DNA of 64,000 nucleotides from Tolypothrix carrinoi HA7290-LM1 (GTDB lineage: Bacteria > Cyanobacteriota > Cyanobacteriia > Cyanobacteriales > Nostocaceae): the NCBI GenBank assembly GCA_019358935.1, contig JAHHIK010000026.1, positions 1-64,000 of the forward strand, in the 5' to 3' direction. This document shows positions 1-11,300 of the stretch, in pieces. Positions within the stretch are counted from its first letter, which is position 1, and every line of letters begins with the position of its first letter. The notes below the pieces were generated by a model, which worked only from the letters and a program-made list of their open reading frames with translations, was not told the DNA's origin and ran no database searches. The translations under genes and the position numbers were made by a program.

Positions 1-71
1 TAAAATCTCAACTGTCTGCAAAATTGTTTTGGCTATGCCAAAAAGCATTTTGCAGACGTTTCGCTTTTACT

Positions 72-123
72 TCGCTTACATCCCCAGGCTGTAGAGCCGT
101 GGGGAATTACGCGAGTTAGTTAA
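72..123. mobile_element. Possible IS200/IS605-type end hairpin remnant
   Basis: Hairpin TCCCCA-GGCT-GTAG-AGCC-G-TGGGGA (81-105) in a CTTACATCCCC...TTACGCGAG context, resembling IS200/IS605 ends. No transposase inside the window. Confidence 0.4.
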
Positions 124-133
124 AAAACTACTA

Positions 134-698
134 ATGGTATCAACTTTATCATCCAAACTTTCGCTCTTAATAATTTCTGCAATTGCCAGAAACCAAACCA
201 GCTAGCGAATATATTGACGGGAAAATTTACCAAAAACCAATGGCTCAGGGTAAACATAGCATAATCCAAACTCGTTTATCATCTGCTATCAATCAGGTAA
301 GTGAATCACAAAAGCTAGCGTTAGCATTAACCGAGTTACGCTGCACATTTGCAGGACGTTCTTTAGTTCCAGATATTACTGTATTTGAATGGTCACGCAT
401 TCCAACTGATGAAAATGGAGAGATTGCTAACAGATTTGAAAGCTATCCAGATTGGACAATTTAAATTTTATCACCCGATCAATTTCCTAACCGCGTCATT
501 AATAAAATTATTTTCTGTATTAACCAGGGAACAAAACTAGGTTGGTTCATTGATCCCAATGATAAATCAGTGATGGTATTTCAACCTAATCAATTGCCAG
601 CAGTGAAGTATGATAATGAGAAATTACCTGTTCTCGATGTTTTAGCAGATTGGCAGATACGAGCAGCAGATATCTTTAGCTGGCTAAAAGTTAATTGA
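134..698 (+). pseudogene. Uma2 family (DUF820) endonuclease pseudogene
   Basis: ATG at 134 (MVSTLSSKLSL), frameshift near 167-172, then LPETKPASEYIDG...PDWTI. An in-frame TAA at 462-464 sits where E of 'PDWTIEILSP' is expected. The frame continues ILSPDQ...LGWFIDP...IFSWLKVN to TGA 696-698. Confidence 0.85.
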
Positions 699-758
699 TT
701 TCGTAGTAAGCACGGAGAGTGCTTTAAATAAGCACGGAGAGTGCTTACTACTAAAAAT

Positions 759-1586
759 CTAAACTTTAACGCTCAAATCGCGATTTAAAACTTGATTTAA
801 CTTACCGCTGCGATAACCTTCTAAATCCAAAGTAACGTAGATAAATCCCAACTTTTGAAATGCAGAAACAATTGTTGGTAAATCTGTCGTTAACACAAAC
901 TCTTTGATTTGTTCTGGTGGTAATTCAATGCGTGCGGTATCTCCATCAGAACGCACCCGCAAATTCTTTAAACCCAACTTACGCAGATAAATTTCCGCTC
1001 TTCCTACTCGTTGTAACTTAGCAACAGTAATTTCTTCACCGTAGGGAAAACGCGAACTCAGACAAGGTTGAGCAGGTTTATCCCACCAAGGTAAACCCAA
1101 TTGTTGCGAAAGTTGACGAACTTCAACTTTAGAAATATTAACTTCAGCTAAAGGCGATCGCGCACCTCTTTCTTTTGCTGCCTGAATTCCTGGGCGATAA
1201 TCATGTAAATCATCAGCATTCACTCCATCCACAACATAGGGATAACCCAACTTCAAAGCTAAAGGTTTGAGAGTGTCGTGCAATTCACTTTTACAAAAAT
1301 AACAGCGGTTGACAGGGTTGGATGTGTAATTAGGATTTTCCATCTCGTGCGTCTGAACGATTTGATGAGAAATCCCAATAGTTGCCGCTTGAAGAATCGC
1401 GTCTTCCAACTCCTCAGGCAAAAGACTCGGAGAAACAGCCGTCACGGCAAAAGCGCGATCGCCTAAAATATCATAAGCAATCTTAGCAACCAAAGTGCTA
1501 TCAATCCCACCAGAGTAGGCAATTAAAGCCTGCTCCATTTCTTTAAACAAAGTTCTTAGTTGCTCAAGTTTCTCTGTCAGCATCAT
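759..1586 (-). CDS. larE: ATP-dependent sacrificial sulfur transferase LarE family (PP-loop)
   Basis: PP-loop SGGIDS; RCYFCK, DYRPG and PCLSSR motifs. Start placed at MMLTEK. Confidence 0.85.
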   Translation of the reverse strand: MMLTEKLEQLRTLFKEMEQALIAYSGGIDSTLVAKIAYDILGDRAFAVTAVSPSLLPEELEDAILQAATIGISHQIVQTHEMENPNYTSNPVNRCYFCKSELHDTLKPLALKLGYPYVVDGVNADDLHDYRPGIQAAKERGARSPLAEVNISKVEVRQLSQQLGLPWWDKPAQPCLSSRFPYGEEITVAKLQRVGRAEIYLRKLGLKNLRVRSDGDTARIELPPEQIKEFVLTTDLPTIVSAFQKLGFIYVTLDLEGYRSGKLNQVLNRDLSVKV

Positions 1587-1644
1587 TTGCAGATCCACCC
1601 AAAACCGTATTCAGCCTAACAAATTCTATTGTAAGCATGTGGTA

Positions 1645-1831
1645 GGGGGAATGGGGCAATGGGCATTGGGCATTGGGAATTGGGAATTGGGCAATGGGCA
1701 TTGGGCAATGGGCATTGAGAATCGGATAAATTCTTCCTTGTCTCCTTGTCTCCTTGTCTCCTTGTCCCATGCCCCATGCCCTATGCCCCATGCCCATTCC
1801 CCCATTACCCATTCCCCATTACCCATTCCCC
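1645..1831. repeat. Heptamer/nonamer tandem repeats (STRR-like), arranged as inverted arms
   Basis: (TGGGCAT/TGGGAAT)n, (CCTTGTCTC)n, then (CCCCATG/CCCCATT)n running into the hrmK stop codon. Confidence 0.9.
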
Positions 1832-3576
1832 ACTTTGCTGTATTTTGCTACCAAAGTTGCTAAAAGTGCCAAATCAATCGGTTTAGAAATATAGTCATTG
1901 ACTCCACCGGTGAGACAGATTTCGCGATCGCCTTTCATTGCCATTGCGGTTTGGGCTACTATCGGAATCGTTTTATACTGCTGATTTGATCGTAGTTGCT
2001 GTACTAGTTTCAAGCCGTTTTCATCTGGTAAGTACACATCCATTAAAATCACCGCAGGCTGTAACTGTGTGAGAGCTTGCCACATTTCGGCAGCATTTTT
2101 TACCCAAGTTACCTGATAACCCAATTTTTCGAGATAAGTTTTTATAAGTTTGGCATTGGGCAAATCATCTTCCACTAGCAAAATCTTTGAAGATGAGATA
2201 TTATTTAGATTCCCCCCATTTCCCCCTACTTCCGTAGAGACGTTCCCCCTGAACGTCTCTACCCCCTCTTTCTGCGTCAGGGGAAGTACGATGGTAAAAC
2301 GCGAACCTTGATTAACTTTAGATTCTACTTTCAACCAGCCACCGTGAATTTCGACGAGTTTCTGAGTTACTGCTAATCCTAAACCAGTACCTTCATCACG
2401 ACCGATAGCAGCATTGGCAATTTGGAAATAAGGTTGAAAAAGTTCAGTTTGGTCTTCTTTGGAGATGCCAGCACCAGTGTCCCAAACTGTAAAATACATA
2501 AATTCACCCTTGACGGCTACCTTTAACCCAACGCTTCCTGTGGTTGTAAACTTGAGAGCGTTGAACAGCAAATTTAACAGCATTTGCTTGAGTCGCAAAG
2601 AGTCGGCTACGAGAGTTGTGATATTCGCATCTACCTCTAGACGCAGTTTCAAATTTTTATTAGCGGCTTTTTCTTTCAGGAAAGCGAAAACATTGCTACA
2701 TAGTGTTGGTACATTTACGGTTTCCCATTGCACTTCTAGCTGATTTGCTTCAATTTTTGAGAGATCCAAAATATCGTTAATTAAAGCTAGCAGGTGCTTG
2801 CCGCTGGACTGAATAATATTTAAATACTCTTGGTGACGTTCTCTTGTGGGATCGTAGCCTTGGGCTAAGAGTAGGTGAGTGAAACCGATAATAGAACTTA
2901 GCGGTGTGCGTATTTCGTGGCTGGTATTTGCGAGAAACTGGTTTTTTAGTTGATTAGTGCGCTGTAATTGCTGATTAAAGCTTTCTAGATGTTGAGAACA
3001 TTCCTGCAAAGATTTTATTTGTCGCAGTTGTGCCAAAGCTACCGCACATTGATTGGCGGCGCGAGCCATCAATTTTGATGTAAGTTTAACTTGTGGTGGT
3101 TTTAGTGACTCGCTATTAGATTCTTGTAATTCTGTGGCGATAATTAACCAGCTCGCAACACCTTGCAAATCCTCAGCTAACCGCCAAGCACTCGGCGGTT
3201 GTTGGTTTTCTAATTGCTGTAAATCTTGAATGTCTATTGCTTGATCGAAACTCAATTGCAGCTTTTTTCCGGTGTTGGAAATAAGGAAGGATGAGGACTC
3301 AGAAGCATAGCAAATTTTGTAAGTTTCTTGTGATTGAAACAAGGCGATCGCCACTTCACTATACTGTAAAGCACTATTGAGTTCGTTTACAATTGTCTGG
3401 AAAATTTCTGCTTCTGTAGTACAACTAGAAAGCAGGCAATCATTGAGGCGACTTTGCAACTTATTTAAAGTGCATTCGAGCCACAAATCGGCGCGAAGTT
3501 GCTCGATTGAGGTCAAAAGTTTTGTAGTTATATCTACCTGAGAATTCTGTTCTGGTAAGCTTGAATACTGCTGCAT
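1819..3576 (-). CDS. hrmK: Hybrid histidine kinase/response regulator HrmK
   Basis: HisKA H-box (FLANTSHEIRTPL), HATPase (GTGLGL) and C-terminal REC domain. The N-terminus MQQYSSLPEQN matches my recollection of Nostocales HrmK. Confidence 0.8.
   Translation of the reverse strand: MQQYSSLPEQNSQVDITTKLLTSIEQLRADLWLECTLNKLQSRLNDCLLSSCTTEAEIFQTIVNELNSALQYSEVAIALFQSQETYKICYASESSSFLISNTGKKLQLSFDQAIDIQDLQQLENQQPPSAWRLAEDLQGVASWLIIATELQESNSESLKPPQVKLTSKLMARAANQCAVALAQLRQIKSLQECSQHLESFNQQLQRTNQLKNQFLANTSHEIRTPLSSIIGFTHLLLAQGYDPTRERHQEYLNIIQSSGKHLLALINDILDLSKIEANQLEVQWETVNVPTLCSNVFAFLKEKAANKNLKLRLEVDANITTLVADSLRLKQMLLNLLFNALKFTTTGSVGLKVAVKGEFMYFTVWDTGAGISKEDQTELFQPYFQIANAAIGRDEGTGLGLAVTQKLVEIHGGWLKVESKVNQGSRFTIVLPLTQKEGVETFRGNVSTEVGGNGGNLNNISSSKILLVEDDLPNAKLIKTYLEKLGYQVTWVKNAAEMWQALTQLQPAVILMDVYLPDENGLKLVQQLRSNQQYKTIPIVAQTAMAMKGDREICLTGGVNDYISKPIDLALLATLVAKYSKVGNG
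2234..2262. repeat. GTAG-type palindromic REP-like element inside hrmK
   Basis: GTAGAGACGTTC-CCCCT-GAACGTCTCTAC. Related copies at 5300-5329, 43971-43999, 48603-48632, 48655-48684 and 57885-57914. Confidence 0.85.
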
Positions 3577-3633
3577 GGTCAACTAGACCGCTGAACAAAT
3601 ATTAGTTTCGATCAAGGTGCGAATCAGGTTTTA

Positions 3634-3649
3634 TGTATATTGGGATACA
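3634..3649. promoter_or_regulatory. Candidate NtcA-binding site
   Basis: TGTA-TATTGGGA-TACA matches TGTA-N8-TACA, about 60 bp upstream of hrmK. Confidence 0.4.
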
Positions 3650-3905
3650 AATCCTTTTTACTTATAACTCATAACTAGTAGTGTCTAGTGTAACGGTATG
3701 CATAAATGACATTAGTAGAAAACACAGTAAAAAATAGCGATAACAAAACAAACTGGCTTTGGTGAACCGATACAATGCTGGGGACGGATACAAGAAGCAC
3801 TCGTATCCTTCTAACAAGCATCCACACAAGTCACTCATGTGGTTTTAACACATAAATCGACAAAATGGCATTTTTTTTTACTAAGGTAATTAAAGACTGG
3901 GGAGT

Positions 3906-4351
3906 AGGGCATTGGTAATTGGTAATTGGTAATTGGTAATTGGTAATTGGTAATTGGTAATTGGTAATTGGGCATTGGGCATAGGTTTGGCTGTGCGTTG
4001 CGGTGAGTCAAGGCAGCGCGGTTGCCTGTAGGGTCTATTCGTAGTGGCGAACCCGCTCGTGAGGTCACGAACGTTGTAGCACCTGCCGTCATTGGGCATT
4101 GGGAATTGGCAATAAAAAGAAGCTAGACGTATTTCACAGCCACACATAGACCATGCCCGATGCCCACTTGGACGATGCCCCATTCCCCATTCCCCATTCC
4201 CCATGCCCCATGACGGCAGATGCGTGACTGTCGGCAGAGCCGCCCAACGCACTGCCTCCCCCATGCCCCATGCCCCATTCCCCATTACCCATTACCCCAT
4301 TCCCCATTCCCCATTCCCCATTACCCATTACCCATTCCCCATTACCCATTA
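3906..4351. repeat. Heptamer arrays with two embedded hairpin elements
   Basis: (TTGGTAA)n and (CCCCATT/ACCCATT)n arrays, with GGCAG...CTGCC-armed elements at 4011-4089 and 4213-4258. Confidence 0.85.
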
Positions 4352-4353
4352 CT

Positions 4354-5226
4354 ATGAATGCACAACTAGCTCAATTAATTGTTAACGGAATTGCAGTAGG
4401 GAGCATTATTGCTCTGGCAGCCGTTGGACTTACTTTAACCTATGGGATTTTACGGTTATCTAACTTTGCCCACGGTGATTTTCTCACATTGGGAGCTTAT
4501 TTTACATGGCTCTTAAATACTCTGGGGATAAATATTTGGCTGTCGATGTTACTGGCAGGGGTGGGAACGGTAGCGGTGATGGTGTTGTCAGAAAAGCTGC
4601 TGTGGTCAAGGATGCGCTCTATCCGTGCTACTTCCACTACTCTGATTATTATGTCCATCGGACTGGCATTATTTCTTCGCAATGCCATTATCTTGATTTG
4701 GGGGGGTAGTAACCAAAATTACAATTTGCCGATTACCCCTGCTTTAGACATTGCGGGTTTAAAAGTGCCGCAAAATCAATTGCTGGTTTTGTTCTTAGCG
4801 ATGTTGGCAATTTTAGCCCTGCATTATCTCCTGCAAAATACCAAAATTGGTAAAGCTATGCGAGCCGTTGCGGACGATTTGGATTTGGCGAGAGTCTCTG
4901 GTATCAATGTTGACTATGTTATTCTCTGGACTTGGATAATTGCGGGGACGCTCACATCCTTGGGAGGCAGTATGTACGGGTTAATTACAGCTGTGCGCCC
5001 GAATATGGGATGGTTTTTGATTTTACCTATGTTTGCCTCAGTGATTTTGGGCGGAATTGGCAATCCTTATGGAGCGATCGCAGCGGCTTTTATCATCGGT
5101 ATCGTTCAAGAAGTCAGCACCATCATCCCTGGACTGGGTTCTCAGTATAAACAAGGTGTGGCGCTGTTCATTATGATTTTGGTGCTGCTAATTCGTCCCA
5201 AAGGTTTATTCAAAGGTACGATTTGA
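4354..5226 (+). CDS. natD: Neutral/branched-chain amino acid ABC transporter permease (LivH-like)
   Basis: GLTLTYG..NFAHG, GKAMRAV and RPKGLF motifs. The ORF-track N-terminal extension is repeat-derived; real start MNAQ at 4354. Confidence 0.85.
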   Translation: MNAQLAQLIVNGIAVGSIIALAAVGLTLTYGILRLSNFAHGDFLTLGAYFTWLLNTLGINIWLSMLLAGVGTVAVMVLSEKLLWSRMRSIRATSTTLIIMSIGLALFLRNAIILIWGGSNQNYNLPITPALDIAGLKVPQNQLLVLFLAMLAILALHYLLQNTKIGKAMRAVADDLDLARVSGINVDYVILWTWIIAGTLTSLGGSMYGLITAVRPNMGWFLILPMFASVILGGIGNPYGAIAAAFIIGIVQEVSTIIPGLGSQYKQGVALFIMILVLLIRPKGLFKGTI

Positions 5227-5366
5227 GCAACACAAATGTCAAAGTTAGGAGTGAGGAGTCAAGAGTCAAGAATTAACAGCTTTATAACTCATAACTCCCG
5301 TACAGACGTTCCGGACGGAACGTCTCTACCGCGCTGCGGGGCGCCTCCTAACTCAACCTCCGGGGA

Positions 5367-5528
5367 TTAAATGTTAATCAGATGGAAGTAAAATGCTGCT
5401 ATCAGGAAGTTACCAGCTAGGAGAAATAAACTGATTGCGGTGCGAAAGGGAAACGGAGCTTTAGCCCCGGTTTGAGCAACTTCTGCGCCGACTTTTTGAT
5501 TTGCAGGTTTCTTGGCTTGAGCCGTCAT
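5367..5528 (-). CDS. psaX: Photosystem I subunit PsaX
   Basis: Not in the ORF track. Translates to MTAQAKKPANQKVGAEVAQTGAKAPFPFRTAISLFLLAGNFLIAAFYFHLINI, with the PsaX signature FRT...NF..AA.YF. GAGAGG RBS upstream. Confidence 0.9.
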   Translation of the reverse strand: MTAQAKKPANQKVGAEVAQTGAKAPFPFRTAISLFLLAGNFLIAAFYFHLINI

Positions 5529-5652
5529 AATTTCCTCTCCTAATTACAGTCTTCTTAACAAATAGCAAAGAGTCGTCATATTTAGCGACACTCATCAAAA
5601 ATATTTTTGTGGATTTTGTACCCTAAAACAGCACCAGTCAACAAAATGTATC

Positions 5653-5820
5653 ATTGGGCATTGGGAATGGGTAATAGGTAATGGGGAATGGGGAGAGGGG
5701 GATGGGGAGATGGGGAGAAAGAAGAATTATTCCCCTTGTCTCCTTGTCCCCTTGTCCCCCTTGTCTCCCTTGTCCTCCTTGTCCCCCTTCTCCCCCTCCC
5801 CCACTCTCCCACTCTCCCAC
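5653..5820. repeat. STRR-like tandem repeats
   Basis: GGGAATG/GGTAATA heptamers and CCCCTTGTC-type repeats. Confidence 0.85.
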
Positions 5821-5822
5821 TT

Positions 5823-6731
5823 TCAAAGAGGGCTTTCTCCGGCGTGGTAGGAACTGCGAACTAGAGGAGCAGAACGAACGTGGCTAAATCCCATATCTTG
5901 TGCTATAATGCCAAGCTCATCAAATTCTTTGGGTGTCCAATATTTTTGTACTGGCAGATGTTCTAAAGAAGGACGCATATACTGACCGATAGTCAGGCGA
6001 TCGCATCGAACATTCCTCAGATCCGCCATTGTTTCGATGACTTCATCAATCGTTTCACCGTGTCCCAGCATCAAACCTGATTTGGTGGGAATTGTCGGCT
6101 GAATCTCTTTGACTAGAGAAAGTACCCTTAGTGAGCGATCGTACTTCGCACCTCGCCTTACTGGACCTTGCAACCGTCGCACCGTCTCAATATTGTGGTT
6201 GTAACAAGCAGGGTGCGCTTTGACAATCATTTCTATCCGTTGGCGTTGATTTTCTTCACCAGCACCCGCACCACCCCAAAAGTCAGGTGTCAGCACTTCG
6301 ATTTGAGCTTCTAGGTTCAAAGCGCGGATAGTTTCCATCGTCTTCACAAAATGACCCGCTCCTTGATCTGGCAAATCATCACGAGCGACAGAAGTTAATA
6401 CTACATAACGCAATCCCAAAAGCTGAACTGATTCTGCTATTTTTTGCGGTTCTCTTGAGTCCACAGGCATCGGTGCATGACCTTTATCTACTTGACAAAA
6501 AGCGCAAGACCGCGTACATGTTGGACCCATGAGTAAAAAAGTTGCCGTTTTTTGGGCGTAGCATTCCCCGCGATTCGGGCAACGTCCTTCTTCGCAAATC
6601 GTGTGAATTTGGCGCTGCTTAATAATGCGTTGTACCGTCGAGAGTTCACTAGCTTTGCCAATCGGACGACGTAACCACGTTGGCATTGCCATAATCTCTG
6701 ATTTAAGTTCGGCTGGTTGCGAAGAGGTCAT
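5823..6731 (-). CDS. lipA: Lipoyl synthase
   Basis: [12 protein letters not shown] auxiliary-cluster motif, CTRSCAFC radical SAM motif and RSSY C-terminus. Start MTSSQ at 6731. Confidence 0.95.
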   Translation of the reverse strand: MTSSQPAELKSEIMAMPTWLRRPIGKASELSTVQRIIKQRQIHTICEEGRCPNRGECYAQKTATFLLMGPTCTRSCAFCQVDKGHAPMPVDSREPQKIAESVQLLGLRYVVLTSVARDDLPDQGAGHFVKTMETIRALNLEAQIEVLTPDFWGGAGAGEENQRQRIEMIVKAHPACYNHNIETVRRLQGPVRRGAKYDRSLRVLSLVKEIQPTIPTKSGLMLGHGETIDEVIETMADLRNVRCDRLTIGQYMRPSLEHLPVQKYWTPKEFDELGIIAQDMGFSHVRSAPLVRSSYHAGESPL

Positions 6732-6741
6732 AAATAATTCA

Positions 6742-6957
6742 AGGGAAAGGGGAAGGGGGAAGGGGGGGCAGGGGGGCAGGGGGGCAGGGGGACAAGGGGA
6801 CAAGGGGGAGTGGGGGGACAAGGGGGACAAGGGGGGGCAGGGGAGGCAATCTTATCGCTTTTTTGAGAAATATTTCTTCTTTCTTACCCATTACCCATTA
6901 CCCATTACCCATGCCCAATTCCCAATGCCCTATGCCCCATGCCCATTGCCCAATACC
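6742..6957. repeat. STRR-like tandem repeats
   Basis: GGGGGCAG/GGGGACAA repeats, then ACCCATT/GCCCAAT heptamers. Confidence 0.85.
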
Positions 6958-7151
6958 CTGTGATTTAAATATCACATTTACACAAATCTCACAGAATATC
7001 AGTATACGCTCTGTAAAATACCTAAATTATTGTCACTTCTCCCAGAAATTACTATCCCCCAATCAATATAAATGTCATATATAGTGGGAAGATTCTCAAC
7101 CTTAATTGGCATCGCCATCTCAACTTAAAGTTTCTGTTAGAGTAATCAGTC

Positions 7152-7742
7152 GTGGCAAGTAACAAGATTTTAGTTATCGATGACACTACAGTTGTCAGGG
7201 TGAAAGTACGGGAAATGTTGCCTCCGGGCAATTTTGAGGTACTGGAAGCAAAAGACGGCTTAGAAGGATTAAATTTCATTCGTCAGGAAAAACTCAGCCT
7301 GATTATGTTGGATTTCCTTTTGCCGAAAATGAGTGGCTGGGAAGTTTTCCAGCAGATTCAAGCTCAACCAGAATTAAGAAAGATTCCCTTGGTTCTTATG
7401 TCTGGTCGTAAAGAAGAGGTGACGGAGAAAATCCCCGAACCCTTTGAATATTTTGAGTTTCTCGGAAAGCCTTTTGACCAAAAGCAACTAATTGCCTCAA
7501 TTAAGTTGGCGATGACAAAAGCTAAACAGCCGCGTCCGGAACCAGCCTCAGTAGCAGTTGTTGCTGCGAAAAATGGAGCTGTAAATTCTAGTGCGATCGC
7601 TCCTGGCGGGTCTTTGACCATCGCTCCTACTGCCGAAATTGCTGCATTAAATGATAAAATTGTCAAGATGCAAGCGGAAATTGATGGTTTAAAGAAACAG
7701 TTAACTCAAGTTGTGACTTTTATTAAACAGAAAATAAAATAG
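7152..7742 (+). CDS. Response regulator (REC domain + coiled-coil tail)
   Basis: ILVIDD, IMLD, LMSG and KPF receiver motifs, followed by a low-complexity linker and a coiled coil. Confidence 0.9.
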   Translation: MASNKILVIDDTTVVRVKVREMLPPGNFEVLEAKDGLEGLNFIRQEKLSLIMLDFLLPKMSGWEVFQQIQAQPELRKIPLVLMSGRKEEVTEKIPEPFEYFEFLGKPFDQKQLIASIKLAMTKAKQPRPEPASVAVVAAKNGAVNSSAIAPGGSLTIAPTAEIAALNDKIVKMQAEIDGLKKQLTQVVTFIKQKIK

Positions 7743-7933
7743 CGATCGTTTCTTTTCTCAAAACCTTCGTCGCTAAGGCTTTCACAAGATTGTTGCCATT
7801 TAGGAAAATCTCAAATCCGCTTTTAAATTTATTCAGCCTACCGATACCCACAAAGCAAAAGGTAAAGGTAGGCTTTTTATTGTTTAGACTACAAAAATCA
7901 GTTATACCAATTGACTAAATATACATAACAATC

Positions 7934-8029
7934 AGGACTCACGCAATCTGACAAAATCGCTTATTTGCGGTAATTCATGAATTACCGCTACTGTATAATG
8001 TGCCTTACAATTATTTTTGCGTAAGTCCT
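7934..8029. mobile_element. MITE-like element with AGGACT(T/C)ACGCA terminal inverted repeats
   Basis: AGGACTCACGCA...TGCGTAAGTCCT, with an inner palindrome GCGGTAATTCATGAATTACCGC. Same TIRs at 44837-45088. Confidence 0.65.
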
Positions 8030-8366
8030 AACAATTTTACTTAATTGGTAAAAATTTAAACACTAAAAAATCAGGTTTATTACTTATGAAAAATTATTTA
8101 GTATTGTTATATGTACCTCTAAATTACTTCATTTTTAAATATTTAAATCAATAAAACAAATCTTTTTTTTGGACATTTGCCAGATTTGAGCTTGATTCTA
8201 CGGAAAAAATCAGCTTGATGAGGCTTCAAATATCAATTTTTTTAAATATTAGTTATTAACTATGAAAACATGCAAAATCTCAAAACTTTTCTGGTAAATA
8301 ATGATAGTAACAGCCCTAAAATGGGAAGACTAACACATAGAAACAAAATAAAGAGAATAAGCTGCG

Positions 8367-11300
8367 ATGGTGGCATTATTAGATACATTATTTACTTTAA
8401 CTGGCTATCGCTTTACTGAGCAAATCTACTCAGGCAGTAAAACTATAGTTTGTCGTGGCATCAGAGAACAAGACCAAAAGTCAGTCATTATCAAACTGAT
8501 GCGGAATGAATATCCTACCTTCAATGAAATTGCCCAATTCCGCAATCAATACACCATCAGCAAAAATCTCAACCTGACTGGTATAGTCAAACCTTATGAA
8601 TTGGAAACCTACCGCAACGGCTATGCCTTAATATTAGAAGATTTTGGCGGTATTTCCCTTAAAGATGCGTTATTGTTTAAATCAGAAGAGGGAAAAAATC
8701 CGAATTTTCTCGATCGGTTTTTTCATATCGCCATAGAAATTACTTCAACTCTTGAAGGAATGCATCGCAATCGCGTCATTCATAAAGATATCAAACCCGC
8801 CAACATCCTAATTAACCCAAGCACCCTAGAAGTAAAACTCATCGACTTTAGTATAGCCTCACTTTTGCCAAGAGAAATTCAATTTATCACCAATCCCAAC
8901 GTCTTAGAAGGCACCTTGGCTTACATTTCTCCTGAACAAACCGGACGAATGAACCGAGGTATAGATTATCGCAGTGACTTTTATTCCCTTGGTGTCACCT
9001 TTTTTGAACTCCTCACAGGCAAATTACCTTTCATCACCGCTGACTCAATGGAGTTAGTTTACTGTCACATTGCAAAACTTCCACCAAAAGCAAACTCAAT
9101 TAACCCCGACATTCCCCCCATATTGTCGGAAATTATTAGCAAGTTGATGGCAAAAAATGCCGAAGATCGCTATCAGAGTGCTTTGGGGTTAAAGCATGAC
9201 TTAGAAGTGTCAAGACAGCAATGGCAAGAGACAGGAAATATAGCATTCTTCGAGTTAGCACAACAGGACATCTGCGATCGCTTCCTCATCCCGGAAAAAC
9301 TCTATGGTCGTCAACGTGAAGTTAAAACTCTACTCGCTGCAATCGATCGCGTAACAAGTGGAACCACGGAAATGATATTAGTCGCGGGTTCCTCTGGTAT
9401 TGGCAAAACAGCTGTTGTCAACGAAGTTCATAAACCTATAGTCCGGCAGCGCAGTTACTTCATCAAAGGCAAATTTGACCAGTTTCAACGAGACATTCCC
9501 TTATCAGCATTAGTGCAAGCATTTCGCGATTTAATCGGTCAACTGCTAAGTGAAACTGATGCCCAAATTGAATATTGGAAAATTAAAATTCTCTCAGTAC
9601 TGGGTGAACAAGGTCAAGTCATTACTGATGTAATTCCCGAACTCGAAAGCATTATTGGTAGGCAACAGCCAGTTACTGAACTTTCTGGCAATGCTATTCA
9701 AAATCGTTTCAATTTCTTGTTTCAAAAGTTTATCCGTGTCTTTACCACAAAAGACCATCCTTTAGTAATTTTTCTGGATGATTTGCAATGGGCAGATAGT
9801 ACCTCTTTAAAATTTATTGAATTATTAATGAGCGAAACCACAACAGTAAATCAAAATCCTTCTTTATCTTCTCTCCTTTTAGGTGAAACAAATAAAGATA
9901 GAGAAACCGATGGTGGTCTACTGCTGATTGGCGCTTATCGGGATAATGAAGTTGACAAAGCACATCCGCTTGAGTTGACAATCAAACAAATTGAACTTTC
10001 CCAAGCAATCATTAATACTATTACTCTAGAGCCATTAAATCAGGGTGATTTAAATCTATTGATTGCTGATACCATGCGTTGTGAAGAAAAAGTTGCTATC
10101 CCTCTCACGCAAATGGTATTTGCTAAAACCAAAGGCAATCCATTTTTTACCCATCAATTTCTCAAGTGTCTGCATAGTGATGGACTAATTGAATTTAACT
10201 TTGAACTCGGTTATTGGCAGTGCGATATTCCTCAGGTAAAAGCATTAGCTCTCACAGATGATGTAGTAGAATTTATGGCACTACAACTAATGAAGTTGCC
10301 ATCACATACTCAAAAAGTATTGAAACTTGCTGCATGTATTGGTAACGAATTTGATTTAAAAACTCTTACTATTATTCATGAAGAATCTGCCGTAGATACA
10401 GCGTCAGACATGTGGCAAGCATTAATTGAAGGACTAGTTTTTCCTCAAGCTGAATTTTACAAATTTTTTGACAAAAATGCTAATAGTCAGAAGGCAATAA
10501 ATCATGACAAAGAATTAAGCTTACCTAAATATAAATTTGTACATGACCGGGTGCAGCAAGCGGCTTATTCTTTGATTCCAGAAGATAAAAAGCAATCAAT
10601 TCACTTAAAAATTGGCGAACTTCTGTTAAGAAATATTCCAGTAGCCGAACAGGAAGAAAAGATTTTTGATTTAGTCAATCAGTTTAATATGGCACTGCCA
10701 TTAATCACTTTACAGGATGAACGTGATGGATTGGCAAGAATGAATTTGATTGCTGGACGTAAAGCTTTGGCATCAACAGCTTATCCAGCTGCGGTTAAAT
10801 ATTTAACTACTGGAATTGAACTATTAACAGATGATAGTTGGGAGAGAAAATATGAGCTAGCTCTAGGTTTGTATGAGACAGCAGCAGAGGCAGCGTACTT
10901 GGGTGGAGACTTTGAACAAACAGAGCAATTAGCAGAGGTAGTGTTAACACGAGCGAAAACATTACTAGAGAAAGTGAAAGTTTATGAAGTGAAAATTCAG
11001 GCTGATGGAGCGCAAAATCAAGCACTAAAAGCAGTCAATACTGCGCTAATAGTTTTGAAGCAATTAGGGGTAGAGTTTTCTGAGAACCCGAGCCAATCTG
11101 ATGTTCAGCTAGCAATGGCAGAAATAGCATCAGGTTTGACAGATAGGAGCATTGAGGACTTAATTAATCTGCCGGAGATGACAGAAAACAAAATACTCGC
11201 AGTTATGGGTATCTTATCTAGCTCAATTACTCTCGCCTATCAAGCTACTCCTAATCTTTTCCCGCTGATTACTTTAAAACAGATTAACTTATCTTGTAAA

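Noticed and set aside
462..464. Programmed stop readthrough or recoding in the Uma2 gene
   Set aside because: The TAA is accompanied by an upstream frameshift, so ordinary pseudogenisation is simpler.
759..1586. Lactate racemase / nickel-pincer gene cluster
   Set aside because: larE stands alone; no larA, larB or larC nearby.
1564..1863. ORFs rich in MGNGEW/PIPHSP/PCPPCP (also near 3835-4385, 5638-5887, 6625-7084, 23698-23901, 27757-28107, 39980-40275, 42259-42518, 61585-61968)
   Set aside because: Translations of heptamer/nonamer tandem repeats that lack stop codons; no independent coding evidence.
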